From assembly GCA_963749915.1 (NCBI GenBank), contig CAVVOP010000005.1, positions 32,001-96,000 of the forward strand: DNA of 64,000 bases. Reading direction: 5' to 3'. This document shows, piece by piece, positions 31,345 to 41,916 of this stretch. Position 1 is the first letter of the stretch; each line of letters opens with the position of its first letter. The position numbers and the translations under genes are program-made. The notes beneath the pieces were generated by a model. It was not told the origin of the DNA and did not search any database. It was given only the letters and a program-made list of their open reading frames with translations. Source of the stretch: an uncultured cyanobacterium (lineage in GTDB: Bacteria; Cyanobacteriota; Cyanobacteriia; Cyanobacteriales; Cyanobacteriaceae).

Positions 31345-31365
31345 AAAAATATCAACGGTTTTTGT

Positions 31366-32145
31366 TTATACAAATCTTGTTAAATTAATGCGATAACGGT
31401 CTTTTTTGGTAACTTGAATATCACCAATTTCTAATCTGCCTTTACCTCGAAAAGAAATTAAATCACCATTTTTGACATTATAACTAGGTTGGGTAATTTC
31501 TTTCCAATTAACTTTCACATCACCGTTACTAATGGCCTCCGTCATTTTGCCCCGAGACATGCCAAAACCGAAAGAAGCCACCGCATCCAACCGTAAAGAA
31601 GCCTCTACTGTTTTCATTTCTTTGATTTTCGGGGGGCGAATTTTTAAGTCTGATAACTCAATCCTTGTAGTTTTCACCGGCACGGAACGTACTTGAACTA
31701 AAGTAGTTTCAAGAAAATCCACCATTTCTTCCACAACAATAACTTGTGCACCTCTTTCTCCCAAAACAATAATATCACCGATTTTCTCCCTCACAATGCC
31801 AGTGCCTAAAATTGAGCCCAAAAAGTCTCGATGGGTTGCGGTGTCAAACAAAAAATTTCCAGAGATGTCTAAAGCGGCAAGGGGAATTTGACTTTTATCA
31901 GCAACAATTTCTTCTCGGTGAATGCCAACCCGTTGTCTTTCGGCTTGAGGATAACCCCCCCAAGTAATGATTTTTACTTCGGTTAATTGGGAAAAAATTT
32001 GATTAATTTCTGCTAATACTGGGGGTGAAAGAAAGTCGGTTACTACTAATTCCCATATTTTGATTGCTTTTTCTGCTTTATCAAAAATATGGGCAATTTC
32101 TTCTTTATTTTCTACTCTTTTTAATAATTCTTCTCTAGGTAACAT
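31366..32145 (-). CDS. photosystem II S4-domain (YlmH-type) RNA-binding protein
   Basis: MLPREELL, GGYPQAERQR, HRDFLGSILG, SLRLDAVAS S4 domain. Confidence 0.9.
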   Translation of the reverse strand: MLPREELLKRVENKEEIAHIFDKAEKAIKIWELVVTDFLSPPVLAEINQIFSQLTEVKIITWGGYPQAERQRVGIHREEIVADKSQIPLAALDISGNFLFDTATHRDFLGSILGTGIVREKIGDIIVLGERGAQVIVVEEMVDFLETTLVQVRSVPVKTTRIELSDLKIRPPKIKEMKTVEASLRLDAVASFGFGMSRGKMTEAISNGDVKVNWKEITQPSYNVKNGDLISFRGKGRLEIGDIQVTKKDRYRINLTRFV

Positions 32146-32331
32146 AATTATCTATTAAACTTAATTCAGGTAATTACATTATATAGCAATCTTAAATCGG
32201 TTTTAATATTTGACCTTCTTAAATCACAAAAAAAGGGAGATTAATGTCTGAAAAATATCATCATAAATTAAATAGGGTTGCCATAGCTTTTCTTGATCTC
32301 TAGTAATGAATCATTGACAATTAATTTACCT

Positions 32332-33414
32332 TTAATTATCCTCGTTTAAATTATCCTCATTTTCAGGAAGAATAGCCATAGAGGAGTCCATAGGAGATCG
32401 CAAATCATCAGCAATTTTTTTGATAACGCTAGCTAAAGGCACAGCTAAAAAGATACCTAATAACCCTCCTAATTTTGCACCGATAAAGAGAGAAATAATT
32501 AACCAAATAGGATTTAAACCGATTAATTCTCCCATAAAACGAGGAGCAATAACGTTATCAGTAATTTGATCAATAATAGTAGAAGAAATGAAAAATAAAA
32601 GAGCTAATTGGCCACTTTTAAAGATTAATAATAAAGTGCCTAAAAGAGTAAATAATCCTCCTATAAAAGGAATTAAACTTGCGATCCCAATGCCAAAAGC
32701 AAATAGAATAGCTGAAGGAACGCCTAGGATAACAAAAACAATTCCTCTGGCAATACTAGCAAAACCAACTAAGATTAAACGACTAAAAAAATAATCCTTA
32801 AAGGTTTGAGTGAAATAGTCAGGTACTTTATTATTCCATGGTTTAGGAAGCCAACCAAAAATTCCTTCCCAAAATTTGTCACCACCAATAAGTAAAAAGA
32901 CGGTTAAAATTAAGATAAGTAAAACACTAAAAATACTATTAACAGTAGTAAATAGGATACTAATAGTTTGAGAACCAATAGTTTTTATAATCTCAGAAAT
33001 TTGACCGGTAATTTGTTGGATTATAGAATCAATATTTATAGAAAATCTCTTGAAAAGAGGTGTTTTCGATGATATATATTCGTTAGCTTGTTCAATCCAT
33101 TTGGGAAGATTAATTAAAAGTTCATCTAATTGTTGAATCAGAATAGGAACTAAGATAAAAGTGATTATCGTTGAAATAATTAAAGCTAATAATAAAACAA
33201 TTGTAATGGCTAATGCTCGTTCTACTCCTTTATTTACTAATAATTTAATTAATAATTCTAATAAAAAAGCGATAATGCTGGCAATAATTAAAAAACTAAT
33301 AAATGGTTGAAGATAGTCAAGTAAAAAAGCTAATAAAACCCCATTTAAACAAAGTATTGGAAAAAGAAAACTTAATTTTAACCAACGAGGAACATTTGAT
33401 AATATTTCTAACAT
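32332..33414 (-). CDS. AI-2E family transporter
   Basis: Multi-TM; IPFIG, DNVIAPRFMG, GLNP, GIFLAVPLA. Confidence 0.88.
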   Translation of the reverse strand: MLEILSNVPRWLKLSFLFPILCLNGVLLAFLLDYLQPFISFLIIASIIAFLLELLIKLLVNKGVERALAITIVLLLALIISTIITFILVPILIQQLDELLINLPKWIEQANEYISSKTPLFKRFSINIDSIIQQITGQISEIIKTIGSQTISILFTTVNSIFSVLLILILTVFLLIGGDKFWEGIFGWLPKPWNNKVPDYFTQTFKDYFFSRLILVGFASIARGIVFVILGVPSAILFAFGIGIASLIPFIGGLFTLLGTLLLIFKSGQLALLFFISSTIIDQITDNVIAPRFMGELIGLNPIWLIISLFIGAKLGGLLGIFLAVPLASVIKKIADDLRSPMDSSMAILPENEDNLNEDN

Positions 33415-33495
33415 AAATAATAGTAAATAGTGTACTGCGCACTGTTAATAATGAGAAGTAAAAAGTGGATGTATCAGGGTATTTATAAAAAAATA

Positions 33496-33547
33496 GTAGT
33501 GATTTACCAATGGTGGCTTGGTAATTGCAGCCCCAAAAATCACTACT
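33496..33547. terminator. long stem-loop downstream of the 33624-33956 gene
   Basis: AGTAGTGATTT / AAATCACTACT perfect 11-bp stem with an internal TACCA/TGGTA hairpin. Confidence 0.5.
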
Positions 33548-33623
33548 TGTAACTAACGGCTATTTTGATTTCCCAAAGCTTTTAAATCAATGTTTGATCC
33601 CACATAGTTGCTTTGACAGACCA

Positions 33624-33956
33624 CTATTGCCCTCGTCTTAATTTTAAGCCTTCTTGATATCCGCGATCGTAGTCAGAAGAGTCGCGAGGATTATCGTATC
33701 TTAAACCATTAATACCATCTTGACGACCTCGGTAAAATTCTTGCTGTGGGCTTACGGGGCGGTATCTTTCTTCTCTCGCTCTTTGGTTACTCCGAATAAT
33801 AGCACCTGTTCCCACTGCTGCACCGACTCCTAACATAAAATCTCCAAAACTGGCTTGGGCGGGTTTAATAGAAGTAGTAGCGCCAGTAATTAAAGCGGTG
33901 GTGATAACAGTGAGAGTTAAAGTTGTTGATTTCATAGATTTATTTAAGTTGTTCAT
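33624..33956 (-). CDS. small secreted hypothetical protein
   Basis: Signal peptide ending PAQA, glycine-zipper-like GVGAAVGTG, YDRGYQEG tail. Confidence 0.65.
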   Translation of the reverse strand: MNNLNKSMKSTTLTLTVITTALITGATTSIKPAQASFGDFMLGVGAAVGTGAIIRSNQRAREERYRPVSPQQEFYRGRQDGINGLRYDNPRDSSDYDRGYQEGLKLRRGQ

Positions 33957-33987
33957 AAAAGAGTAAAATGCGATATATTTATAAATA

Positions 33988-34539
33988 TTAAGGACGTTCT
34001 TCTAACCAACCTTTAATCTCTAAATTAATAATTTTTGGTTGATTATCTATCAAGGCAAAACGAATTTTATCGGTGCTGAGGGAAAGATATTTTTTGCTAT
34101 CTTCAGTGGTAATATTTCTGGCTCTAATTCTAGTTACTGTAGCCATTTGACCATCTTCAGTAATTTTAGTAGTCATATAAGACTCAATATCTTCTTTTTC
34201 GGCAACACTATCAAAGCTATTTTTCAAAAAATCTTCATGACTCTGTTTTCCTTCAATCATTTTAGTTACGGTGGTTTCACCGGATTCTACCGTCACGGAA
34301 GATAAAATATAAGGGGATAAAAATACCATAAGTTCCTCGACATTTTCTTCTTTTTCCGCTTTTTCGATAGATGCCATAACTGCACCAATAGCTTCTTCGG
34401 TTAACTCGGTGGTTTTTTGTACTGTTAAGACAGGTTGTAATCCATTGATAGGCTCTGCTTTTACCCTATTGGCTACCATGACGATTTGACTGGTAATCAA
34501 ACTGGCAATAATTAGATTGGTTAGGCTATGTTTTTTCAC
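33988..34539 (-). CDS. secreted NTF2/SnoaL-like hypothetical protein
   Basis: Signal peptide (RVKA); helix-then-beta pattern ending FALIDNQPKIINLEI. Confidence 0.55.
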   Translation of the reverse strand: MKKHSLTNLIIASLITSQIVMVANRVKAEPINGLQPVLTVQKTTELTEEAIGAVMASIEKAEKEENVEELMVFLSPYILSSVTVESGETTVTKMIEGKQSHEDFLKNSFDSVAEKEDIESYMTTKITEDGQMATVTRIRARNITTEDSKKYLSLSTDKIRFALIDNQPKIINLEIKGWLEERP

Positions 34540-34722
34540 TTTTTTATTCCCGTTTTATAATTAGTTAATAAATTTTCACCGACAATTATATACTCAGATT
34601 TTGTACCCAAGGCATAAATCTTTGTTAAGGGAAAGGAATAGGGAGCATTGATTATTTATATTGGTTGATTAGTTAATAGCAGATTATGAGAAAATAAAAA
34701 TAATGTTAGCATTATAAATAAA

Positions 34723-36411
34723 ATGACAGAAAATTGGAAAAGTAAAGCCATTACTCAAGGGATACAACGATCGCCTAATCGTGCTATGCTTAGAGCCGTT
34801 GGTTTTAGAGATAATGATTTTACCAAGCCCATTGTCGGGGTTGCTAATGGTTACAGTACTATAACTCCCTGCAACATGGGCTTAAATGAATTAGCCTTAA
34901 AAGCTGAAGCCAGTCTCAAAAAGGCTGGAGCAATGCCCCAAATGTTCGGTACCATAACCATTAGTGATGGTATTTCTATGGGGACAGAAGGCATGAAATA
35001 CTCTTTGGTTTCGAGAGATGTCATTGCTGACTCCATTGAGACTGTTTGCACTGGTCAAAGTATGGATGGAGTTATTGCCATCGGTGGTTGTGATAAAAAT
35101 ATGCCCGGTGCTATGATTGCCATCGCACGCATGAATATTCCCGGTATTTTCGTTTATGGTGGTACAATTAAACCCGGTCATTATAACGGCCAAGATTTAA
35201 CGGTAGTTAGTGCTTTTGAAGCCGTTGGGCAATATAGTGCTGGAAAAATTGACGAAACAGAATTAACAGCTATTGAGAAAAATGCTTGTCCAGGGGCTGG
35301 TTCCTGTGGCGGAATGTTTACTGCTAACACTATGTCGTCAGCCTTTGAAGCGATGGGGATGAGTTTGCCTTATTCTTCGACCATGGCGGCCGAAGATGCG
35401 GAAAAAGTGGAAAGTACCGAAAAATCCGCACAAGTTTTAGTAGAGGCTATCCGTCAACAAATTTTACCGAGTCAAATCCTCACTCGTAAAGCCTTCGAAA
35501 ATGCTATCTCCGTGGTTATGGCTGTAGGTGGTTCTACTAATGCAGTGTTGCACTTACTGGCGATCGCCAATACCATCGGCGTAGAATTAACCCTTGATGA
35601 CTTTGAAAACATCCGTCAAAGAGTGCCTGTTATCTGTGACTTAAAACCCTCTGGGCGTTATGTTACCGTAGATTTGCACAAAGCTGGGGGTATTCCCCAA
35701 GTCATGAAAATGTTGTTAGTTAACGGTTTATTACATGGTGATGGGTTAACAATCACGGGAAAAACCATTGCCGAAGTATTGGCAGACATTCCCGAAAATC
35801 CCCCTACAAATCAAGATGTAATTCGTCAGTGGGATAACCCTCTATATAAAGAAGGACATTTAGCCATTCTTAAGGGTAACTTAGCCAGTGAAGGATCCGT
35901 CGCCAAAATTAGTGGCGTTAAAACCCCGAAAATGACCGGCCCAGCAAAGGTTTTTGAATCCGAGGAAGAGTGTTTATCAGCTATTTTAGACGGTAAAATT
36001 CAAGCAGGAGATGTGGTAATAGTACGTTATGAAGGTCCTGTGGGTGGTCCGGGTATGCGTGAAATGTTAGCCCCCACGTCCGCCATAATTGGTGCAGGTT
36101 TAGGAGATAAAATCGGTTTAATTACCGATGGACGTTTCTCCGGTGGCACTTATGGGTTAGTAGTTGGTCATGTTGCACCAGAAGCCGCCGTTGGCGGGAA
36201 TATTGCCCTCGTCAAAGAAGGTGATAGTATTACAATTGATGCTCACGAAAAACTATTACAAATCAACGTCTCTGAGGAAGAATTAACCCGTCGCCGTCAA
36301 CAATGGCAACCACCTCAACCTCGCTACCGTCGAGGGGTTTTAGGTAAATATGCAAAACTAGTATCTTCTAGTAGTTTGGGTGCTGTAACCGATTTAAACC
36401 TGTTCCCTTAG
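34723..36411 (+). CDS. ilvD: dihydroxy-acid dehydratase
   Basis: [48 protein letters not shown]. Confidence 0.97.
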   Translation: MTENWKSKAITQGIQRSPNRAMLRAVGFRDNDFTKPIVGVANGYSTITPCNMGLNELALKAEASLKKAGAMPQMFGTITISDGISMGTEGMKYSLVSRDVIADSIETVCTGQSMDGVIAIGGCDKNMPGAMIAIARMNIPGIFVYGGTIKPGHYNGQDLTVVSAFEAVGQYSAGKIDETELTAIEKNACPGAGSCGGMFTANTMSSAFEAMGMSLPYSSTMAAEDAEKVESTEKSAQVLVEAIRQQILPSQILTRKAFENAISVVMAVGGSTNAVLHLLAIANTIGVELTLDDFENIRQRVPVICDLKPSGRYVTVDLHKAGGIPQVMKMLLVNGLLHGDGLTITGKTIAEVLADIPENPPTNQDVIRQWDNPLYKEGHLAILKGNLASEGSVAKISGVKTPKMTGPAKVFESEEECLSAILDGKIQAGDVVIVRYEGPVGGPGMREMLAPTSAIIGAGLGDKIGLITDGRFSGGTYGLVVGHVAPEAAVGGNIALVKEGDSITIDAHEKLLQINVSEEELTRRRQQWQPPQPRYRRGVLGKYAKLVSSSSLGAVTDLNLFP

Positions 36412-36413
36412 GC

Positions 36414-36503
36414 GACGAAGTAATAAGTAATAAGTGATAAGTAATAAGTAATAAGTAATAAGTTAGTAATATATAACTTCAGATTTTGAGCCCAAAATCT
36501 TAC
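36414..36503 (+). repeat. STRR-containing dispersed element, copy A (6 x GTAATAA + hairpin)
   Basis: Heptamer array 36420-36461 then AGATTTTG-AGCC-CAAAATCT palindrome; inverted copy at 39098-39159. Confidence 0.88.
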
Positions 36504-36679
36504 TCTGAAAGAAACTCAGAACTATACCCTCCCATCGCAGTATTGCCCCGCAATCTGCATAACTTTAGTGAATAATTAAATCCTCATTCCTTAACCTCAG
36601 AGTCTTCCTTGCATCTTGGCAAAAGATTTTTTCTATCTTGGTTCAGTAACAGAAAAAAAGTTAAAAAGTATATAATTAC

Positions 36680-37111
36680 ATGACCAAACATAAAAAATAT
36701 TATTACTTATTATTACTTGTTATTACTATTAATTTTAGCTTATCTGGATGTTTCGATGCTAAAGTATCTAATTGTCGTAAAATTATCGATATTAGTACGC
36801 AATTATCAGAAATTACTCAAACTAATTTAGCCACAAAAGACAAGGACAAAATATTAGAAATAGCTGACGATTTTGACAAATCATCACAACAAATATTAGA
36901 GAAAAAAATTAAAGATCAACAATTAAAAGAATATAGCCAAAAATTAGCCATAATCTACCAAAATTATGGAAGAATAACCCGTAGTTTTGTCGATGCTTTT
37001 CAAAACAAAGATACTGAAAAAGCTATTATTTATAAAGAGGAAGTTACCAAATTATCTCAAGAGCAAGAAAATTTAGTTAATAGTATTAATAACTATTGTC
37101 AGCAAAATTAA
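36680..37111 (+). CDS. hypothetical lipoprotein
   Basis: Lipobox LSGC after a basic/hydrophobic signal; helical body. Confidence 0.7.
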   Translation: MTKHKKYYYLLLLVITINFSLSGCFDAKVSNCRKIIDISTQLSEITQTNLATKDKDKILEIADDFDKSSQQILEKKIKDQQLKEYSQKLAIIYQNYGRITRSFVDAFQNKDTEKAIIYKEEVTKLSQEQENLVNSINNYCQQN

Positions 37112-37126
37112 TAACAATGTGATTGT

Positions 37127-38656
37127 ATGAATTTTATTTTACCCGAAGATGTCCAAAAAAGATTATTGATCGCCGATCAAATGTGGTATAACCTACGCCA
37201 TGATCAACCTAGTATTAAGTCGGTAATTAGCACCATTAAAGAAACAATTATCGATGTTGATTTTGATGTAATTATTTGTGGAGGCACGTTAGGAATATTT
37301 TTAGCCACAACTTTACAAAAAAAAGGATATAAAATCGCCGTCATTGAGAAAGGAATTTTACAAGGTAGAGATCAAGAATGGAATATATCGCACCATGAGT
37401 TAAACTGTTTATTAGAATTAGAATTACTTAGTCCCTCAGAATTAGAAACCATTATTTTTAGTGAATATAATCCTGGTAGAGTTAGTTTTTATCAAGGTTA
37501 TGAGTTGTGGGTTAAAGATGTTCTAAATGTGGGGGTTAGCCCAAAAACATTAATAGCTAAAATTAAAGAAAAGTTTTTAGAATTGGGAGGAGTTATTTTT
37601 GAAAATACCACTTTTAATAATGCAATTATTACCGAAAATGGAGTAATAGTAAAAACAGATAAACAGGAATTAAAAACCAGACTCTTAATTGATAGTATGG
37701 GGCATTTTTCCCCGATTATTAAACAAGTAAGAAAAGGAGAAAAACCTGAAGGAGTTTGTTTAGTTGCGGGTAGTTGTGGTGAAGGATTTACTAACAATGA
37801 AACGGGAGATTTAATTGTCTCCTTCACTCCTATTCAACATCAATGTCAATATTTTTGGGAAGCGTTTCCAGCTAAAGATGGACGCACCACTTATTTATTT
37901 ACTTATCTCGATGCTCATCCCGATAGAATTAGTTTAACAGAGTTTATGAATGAATATCTGCGGCTATTGCCAGAATATCAACAAATAGACTTAGAAACTA
38001 TCAATTTTCGGCGTTTTTTATTCGGATTCTTCCCCGCCTATCGTCAAAGTCCCGTTAAAATTACTTGGGATAGAATATTAGCTGTGGGTGATAGTAGTGG
38101 TAGTCAATCCCCCGTGAGTTTTGGCGGTTTTGGTGCGATGATGCGTCATTTGACCCGCTTAACCAAAGCCATCCACTCTGCCTTACAATGGGATAGTCTC
38201 ACAGCGAAAGATTTAGGCTTAATTCAACCCTATCAACCAAATATCTCCGTTACATGGCTATTTCAGAAAACCATGAGTGTTGGCATCGATACCCGTGCAA
38301 ATCCCAACCAGATCAATGACTTGATGAGTGGCGTTTTTCAGGTGATGGATAAACTGGGGGATGATGTCTTAAAACCATTTTTACAGGATGTAGTGCAATT
38401 TTCAGGCTTAACAAAAACCCTCCCCCTCGTCAATCCTAAATTAGTGTTACCTTTATTACCCCAAGTCGGCTTGCCGATTTTTCTTGACTGGTTAAAACAC
38501 TACGCCAACTTAGGCATTTATAGCGGTTTATATCCCCTTGCCAAATCTTTACAACCTCTTACGAAAAACCTTACCCCTCAACAAAAATATTATTATCATC
38601 GTTGGTTAGATATGTGGCAATATGGTTCAGGAAATGATTTTAAGGACGAAAAATGA
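37127..38656 (+). CDS. cruP: FAD-dependent oxidoreductase, lycopene cyclase CruP-like
   Basis: DVIICGGTLG, GRDQEWNIS, QYFWEAFP, GDSSGSQSPVSFGGFG, YGSGND. Confidence 0.75.
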   Translation: MNFILPEDVQKRLLIADQMWYNLRHDQPSIKSVISTIKETIIDVDFDVIICGGTLGIFLATTLQKKGYKIAVIEKGILQGRDQEWNISHHELNCLLELELLSPSELETIIFSEYNPGRVSFYQGYELWVKDVLNVGVSPKTLIAKIKEKFLELGGVIFENTTFNNAIITENGVIVKTDKQELKTRLLIDSMGHFSPIIKQVRKGEKPEGVCLVAGSCGEGFTNNETGDLIVSFTPIQHQCQYFWEAFPAKDGRTTYLFTYLDAHPDRISLTEFMNEYLRLLPEYQQIDLETINFRRFLFGFFPAYRQSPVKITWDRILAVGDSSGSQSPVSFGGFGAMMRHLTRLTKAIHSALQWDSLTAKDLGLIQPYQPNISVTWLFQKTMSVGIDTRANPNQINDLMSGVFQVMDKLGDDVLKPFLQDVVQFSGLTKTLPLVNPKLVLPLLPQVGLPIFLDWLKHYANLGIYSGLYPLAKSLQPLTKNLTPQQKYYYHRWLDMWQYGSGNDFKDEK

Positions 38657-38726
38657 ACCTTATAAATACTAGAGGTCTCTTAGTCTTATTGAAATCGCAG
38701 TCGGCAGAAAAAAGGAGTAATAACTT

Positions 38727-39019
38727 ATGATCAAGAAAAAAAGTCTGATATTTATTCTTCTGGCAATACTGGGATTTCCCCAAATTGCATTCGCACAAAG
38801 CCTGATTAAAACTAGTACTCTTCTCAACAATAGTGATTCAGTTGAGATAACTGAAGATAATTTGCTCTTAACTCAACGTAATCGATCGCAGAATCTAATC
38901 GAAATAATGTACGAAGAACTCAAAGAGTAATTATTGATCGAGGAAATTCTCTAAAGGGTAGAAATTACTATGGTGATTTTTACAATCCTGATTTTTATCA
39001 AGGTGGCTATTATGATTAA
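38727..39019 (+). pseudogene. small secreted protein, probably frameshifted
   Basis: Signal peptide ORF 38727-38930 with AGGAG SD; another frame continues SNRNNVRRTQRVIIDRG..YYGDFYNPDFYQGGYYD* to 39019. Confidence 0.45.
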
Positions 39020-39097
39020 CCTGTAAATTATTTGGTAGTGCCCCAGATGTAAGGATAATGGATCGAGAAAGTGATAGTTTCATAGCCTAATATCCTT

Positions 39098-39159
39098 GTA
39101 AGATTTTGGGCTTAAAATCTCAAGTTATATGTTACTAACTTATTACTTGTTACTTCGTC
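39098..39159 (-). repeat. STRR-containing dispersed element, copy B (2 heptamers + hairpin)
   Basis: Reverse complement matches 36414-36503 apart from heptamer number and a few substitutions. Confidence 0.88.
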
Positions 39160-39318
39160 CTAACGACAACGTTTTCGGCACGCTTCCGAGAAGTATTGGT
39201 TAAGAAATAACATTTTAAACCCCTGAAATGCTTGTATTATAGAGGTTTCATTTATCGGCATTTGCACAGGGCTTCTTTGTATTATACACATATTTTAACT
39301 TCTTACATAATAGGTACT

Positions 39319-41814
39319 ATGTTTACCCTTAGAATTAAATCATTATTATTGATTTGTCTTACTATCAGTTTTGGCACGGTTGCCTTGCCTCTAAAAGCCG
39401 CTGAAAAAATTAATTTTGTCTATGGTCCATTAAAACTTTCTTTATCGATAGAATCATTGAAAACATTTGTCGAAACAGGAGAAATTACCGGAAATTTAAA
39501 GGATTATCAGGCATTTATTGATGAAAAAACATTTGAGCAAATACGTAGTTTTTTAGCAAAATCCTATGATATAAACCAAGTCAATCTTTATAAAATCAGC
39601 CGCACTTCTCTTGCCCAAGACTTATTACAACAATTAGGTAAAGTAGTTTCCACCCACAGTCAACGTAATGGTTTTTATGCCATCAGAGGTGCTGTTTTAA
39701 CCACCGCAGGGAAATATGATTCTTGGACAATAGTGGATGTATTGAGGGAATTTCCTACTCCTGAAATTTACATTAGTTTGGAAGCATTACTGCAATTACA
39801 AGACGAAATCCTCTTCTATGAGAATTATAAAGAAGCCTCGGAAAAAGCGATCGCCATTCAAGCAAATCAACAGGCAGAAACGGAGAAGAATCCTAATCTT
39901 GAGCAATTAGCCGATTTAAGAAATAAAGGTAAATATACTTTTGAGAAAAAGACAATTACTTTAAAACGCGATGAATATCGTCAAACTCAAGATGGTTTCG
40001 TGAACGAATATAGTTTTGATGTGGATTTTTATATTCCCAATAACCTCAATCAATCAGCACCTGTAGTTTTAATCTCCCACGGATTTGGCTCAGTTAGGCA
40101 AAATTTTATTAGTTTAGGCGAACATTTAGCATCCTATGGCTTTATTGTGGGAATACCCGAACATGTTGGTAGCAATTTAGGTTATCGGCAAGAATTACTA
40201 GAAGGTAATCTTAGTAGTGCATTAAGCCCCATTGAATACCTCGATAGACCTAGAGATATGAGTTTTATTATCGATCAGCTAGAAAAATTAGTAGCAGAAA
40301 ATCCAGAATGGTCAAAAATACTTAATTTAGAACAAATTGGAGTGATTGGAGATTCCCTGGGAGGTACAACAGTTTTATCTTTAGCTGGAACACCTTTGAA
40401 CATAAACAGACTCAGACAAGAATGCCAACGAGAGAATGTCATTGTTAACACTGCATTGATTTTACAATGTCAGGCTAATAACCTACCTCCTGTTGAATAT
40501 AACTTAAAAGATTCTCGCATCAAAGCCATTATTTCAGCTCATCCTCTCAGTAGTGCTATTTTTGGTCCTGAAAGTATGGCCAAAATAGATATTCCCATTT
40601 TAATAACCGCTGGTAGTAATGACATTGTTACTCCAGTGATAACAGAACAAATATATCCATTTATGTGGTTAAAAAATGAGCAGAAGCATTTATTGTTTTA
40701 TCAACCTGGTACTCATTTTAGTTCTAGTCAACCTTCTGCGGAATATACTGCCGACTACATACCCGAATTTATTATCGGTAAAAATAGAGATATTACTAGT
40801 CGATATTTTCAGGGGATAGCTGTGGCTTTTATGGAAGCTTATTTACGAGAGAATAAAGACTATTCACCCTATCTTAGTGCCAGTTACGGTAATTTTATCA
40901 GTCAGAAAGATGAGCAACTAAATGTTAATCAAATTCAAAGATTAGATGAAGAAAATATCATTAGCGCTTATGGTGATAAAAAATTACCCATACAAATTAT
41001 ACCTGATTCTATAATAGCTAAAACTAGCTCAGAAAATCAAATTTCAATAGTAGAAGAAATTAAGGAAACAGGAATTTTGAAATTGGCTTATCCCAGAAAT
41101 ACTCAACCCTTTGGCTATTTGGAGGAGAATGGGGATTGGGGCGGTTTTTGTGCATTTTATGGGCAAAATTTAGCTAATTATTTAGAAAAAAAATTAGATT
41201 TAGATACCAAACTTAAAATTGTGGTTTTACCTTCTAATTTAAATAATCGTTTTGATTTAGTTGCTAATGGACAAGCACATTTAGAGTGCGGTGCGAATAC
41301 TATTGTCGAAAATAATACTCAGGTTAATTTTTCCTTCCCATTTTTTGTGACTGGTACTTATTTCTTAATTCCCAAAACAGCAGTTAATGACTTTAATCCC
41401 AATTTATCTTTAGCTCAATCTAAAATTGGCTTGTTAAAAGATACCAGTACAGCGTCTTTTTTTAAACAGAAATATCCTGAAGCACAAACAGCCTATTTTG
41501 AAGGTTTAGATGCCACTAAAGATGCGATCGCAGCACTAAAAAATCAAGAAATTAATGCCATTATTGATGACGGTATCTTATTGGAAAGTAAGTTAAATAA
41601 TGATCAATCTTTAGCTAATAACTATCAGATAGTACCCAAACTTCCTTTAGCCTGTGATTTTTATGGTTTATTACTACCAAAAAATGATCCCCAATGGAAT
41701 GATTTGGTCAATCAGTTTATTGATGAAGACTCTTCTATTGAGAAGTATTTTCCTCCTGAAACCTACACTAAATTACCTGAATATGTAAATTACTGCTTAA
41801 ATTATAATAAATAA
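39319..41814 (+). CDS. secreted DUF1400 + alpha/beta-hydrolase fused to a family-3 amino-acid solute-binding domain
   Basis: Signal, AAEKINFVYG (DUF1400), ISHGFGS, GDSLGG nucleophile elbow; C-term PFGY..RFDLV..LECGANT..FSFPFFVTG..YGLLLP; start placed at MFTLRIK. Confidence 0.8.
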   Translation: MFTLRIKSLLLICLTISFGTVALPLKAAEKINFVYGPLKLSLSIESLKTFVETGEITGNLKDYQAFIDEKTFEQIRSFLAKSYDINQVNLYKISRTSLAQDLLQQLGKVVSTHSQRNGFYAIRGAVLTTAGKYDSWTIVDVLREFPTPEIYISLEALLQLQDEILFYENYKEASEKAIAIQANQQAETEKNPNLEQLADLRNKGKYTFEKKTITLKRDEYRQTQDGFVNEYSFDVDFYIPNNLNQSAPVVLISHGFGSVRQNFISLGEHLASYGFIVGIPEHVGSNLGYRQELLEGNLSSALSPIEYLDRPRDMSFIIDQLEKLVAENPEWSKILNLEQIGVIGDSLGGTTVLSLAGTPLNINRLRQECQRENVIVNTALILQCQANNLPPVEYNLKDSRIKAIISAHPLSSAIFGPESMAKIDIPILITAGSNDIVTPVITEQIYPFMWLKNEQKHLLFYQPGTHFSSSQPSAEYTADYIPEFIIGKNRDITSRYFQGIAVAFMEAYLRENKDYSPYLSASYGNFISQKDEQLNVNQIQRLDEENIISAYGDKKLPIQIIPDSIIAKTSSENQISIVEEIKETGILKLAYPRNTQPFGYLEENGDWGGFCAFYGQNLANYLEKKLDLDTKLKIVVLPSNLNNRFDLVANGQAHLECGANTIVENNTQVNFSFPFFVTGTYFLIPKTAVNDFNPNLSLAQSKIGLLKDTSTASFFKQKYPEAQTAYFEGLDATKDAIAALKNQEINAIIDDGILLESKLNNDQSLANNYQIVPKLPLACDFYGLLLPKNDPQWNDLVNQFIDEDSSIEKYFPPETYTKLPEYVNYCLNYNK

Positions 41815-41916
41815 GCTAGATCATAATTTTAGCTTAAATGTCAAAAGCCTTGTATTCGGGATATAAATGCGGCAATTAATATATAAATAACTTTCAGTAG
41901 CTCATAAACATTTCTA

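Noticed and set aside
36420..36461. Tandem repeats as a possible CRISPR array
   Set aside because: 7-bp units without spacers; ordinary cyanobacterial STRR, and no cas genes in the window
39164..39275. TGAAATGCTTGTATTATAGAGGTTTCA dyad resembling CRISPR-leader or MITE internal motifs
   Set aside because: No repeat-spacer array follows and no matching pair of ends was found; it also makes the ORF-track start at 39232 unlikely
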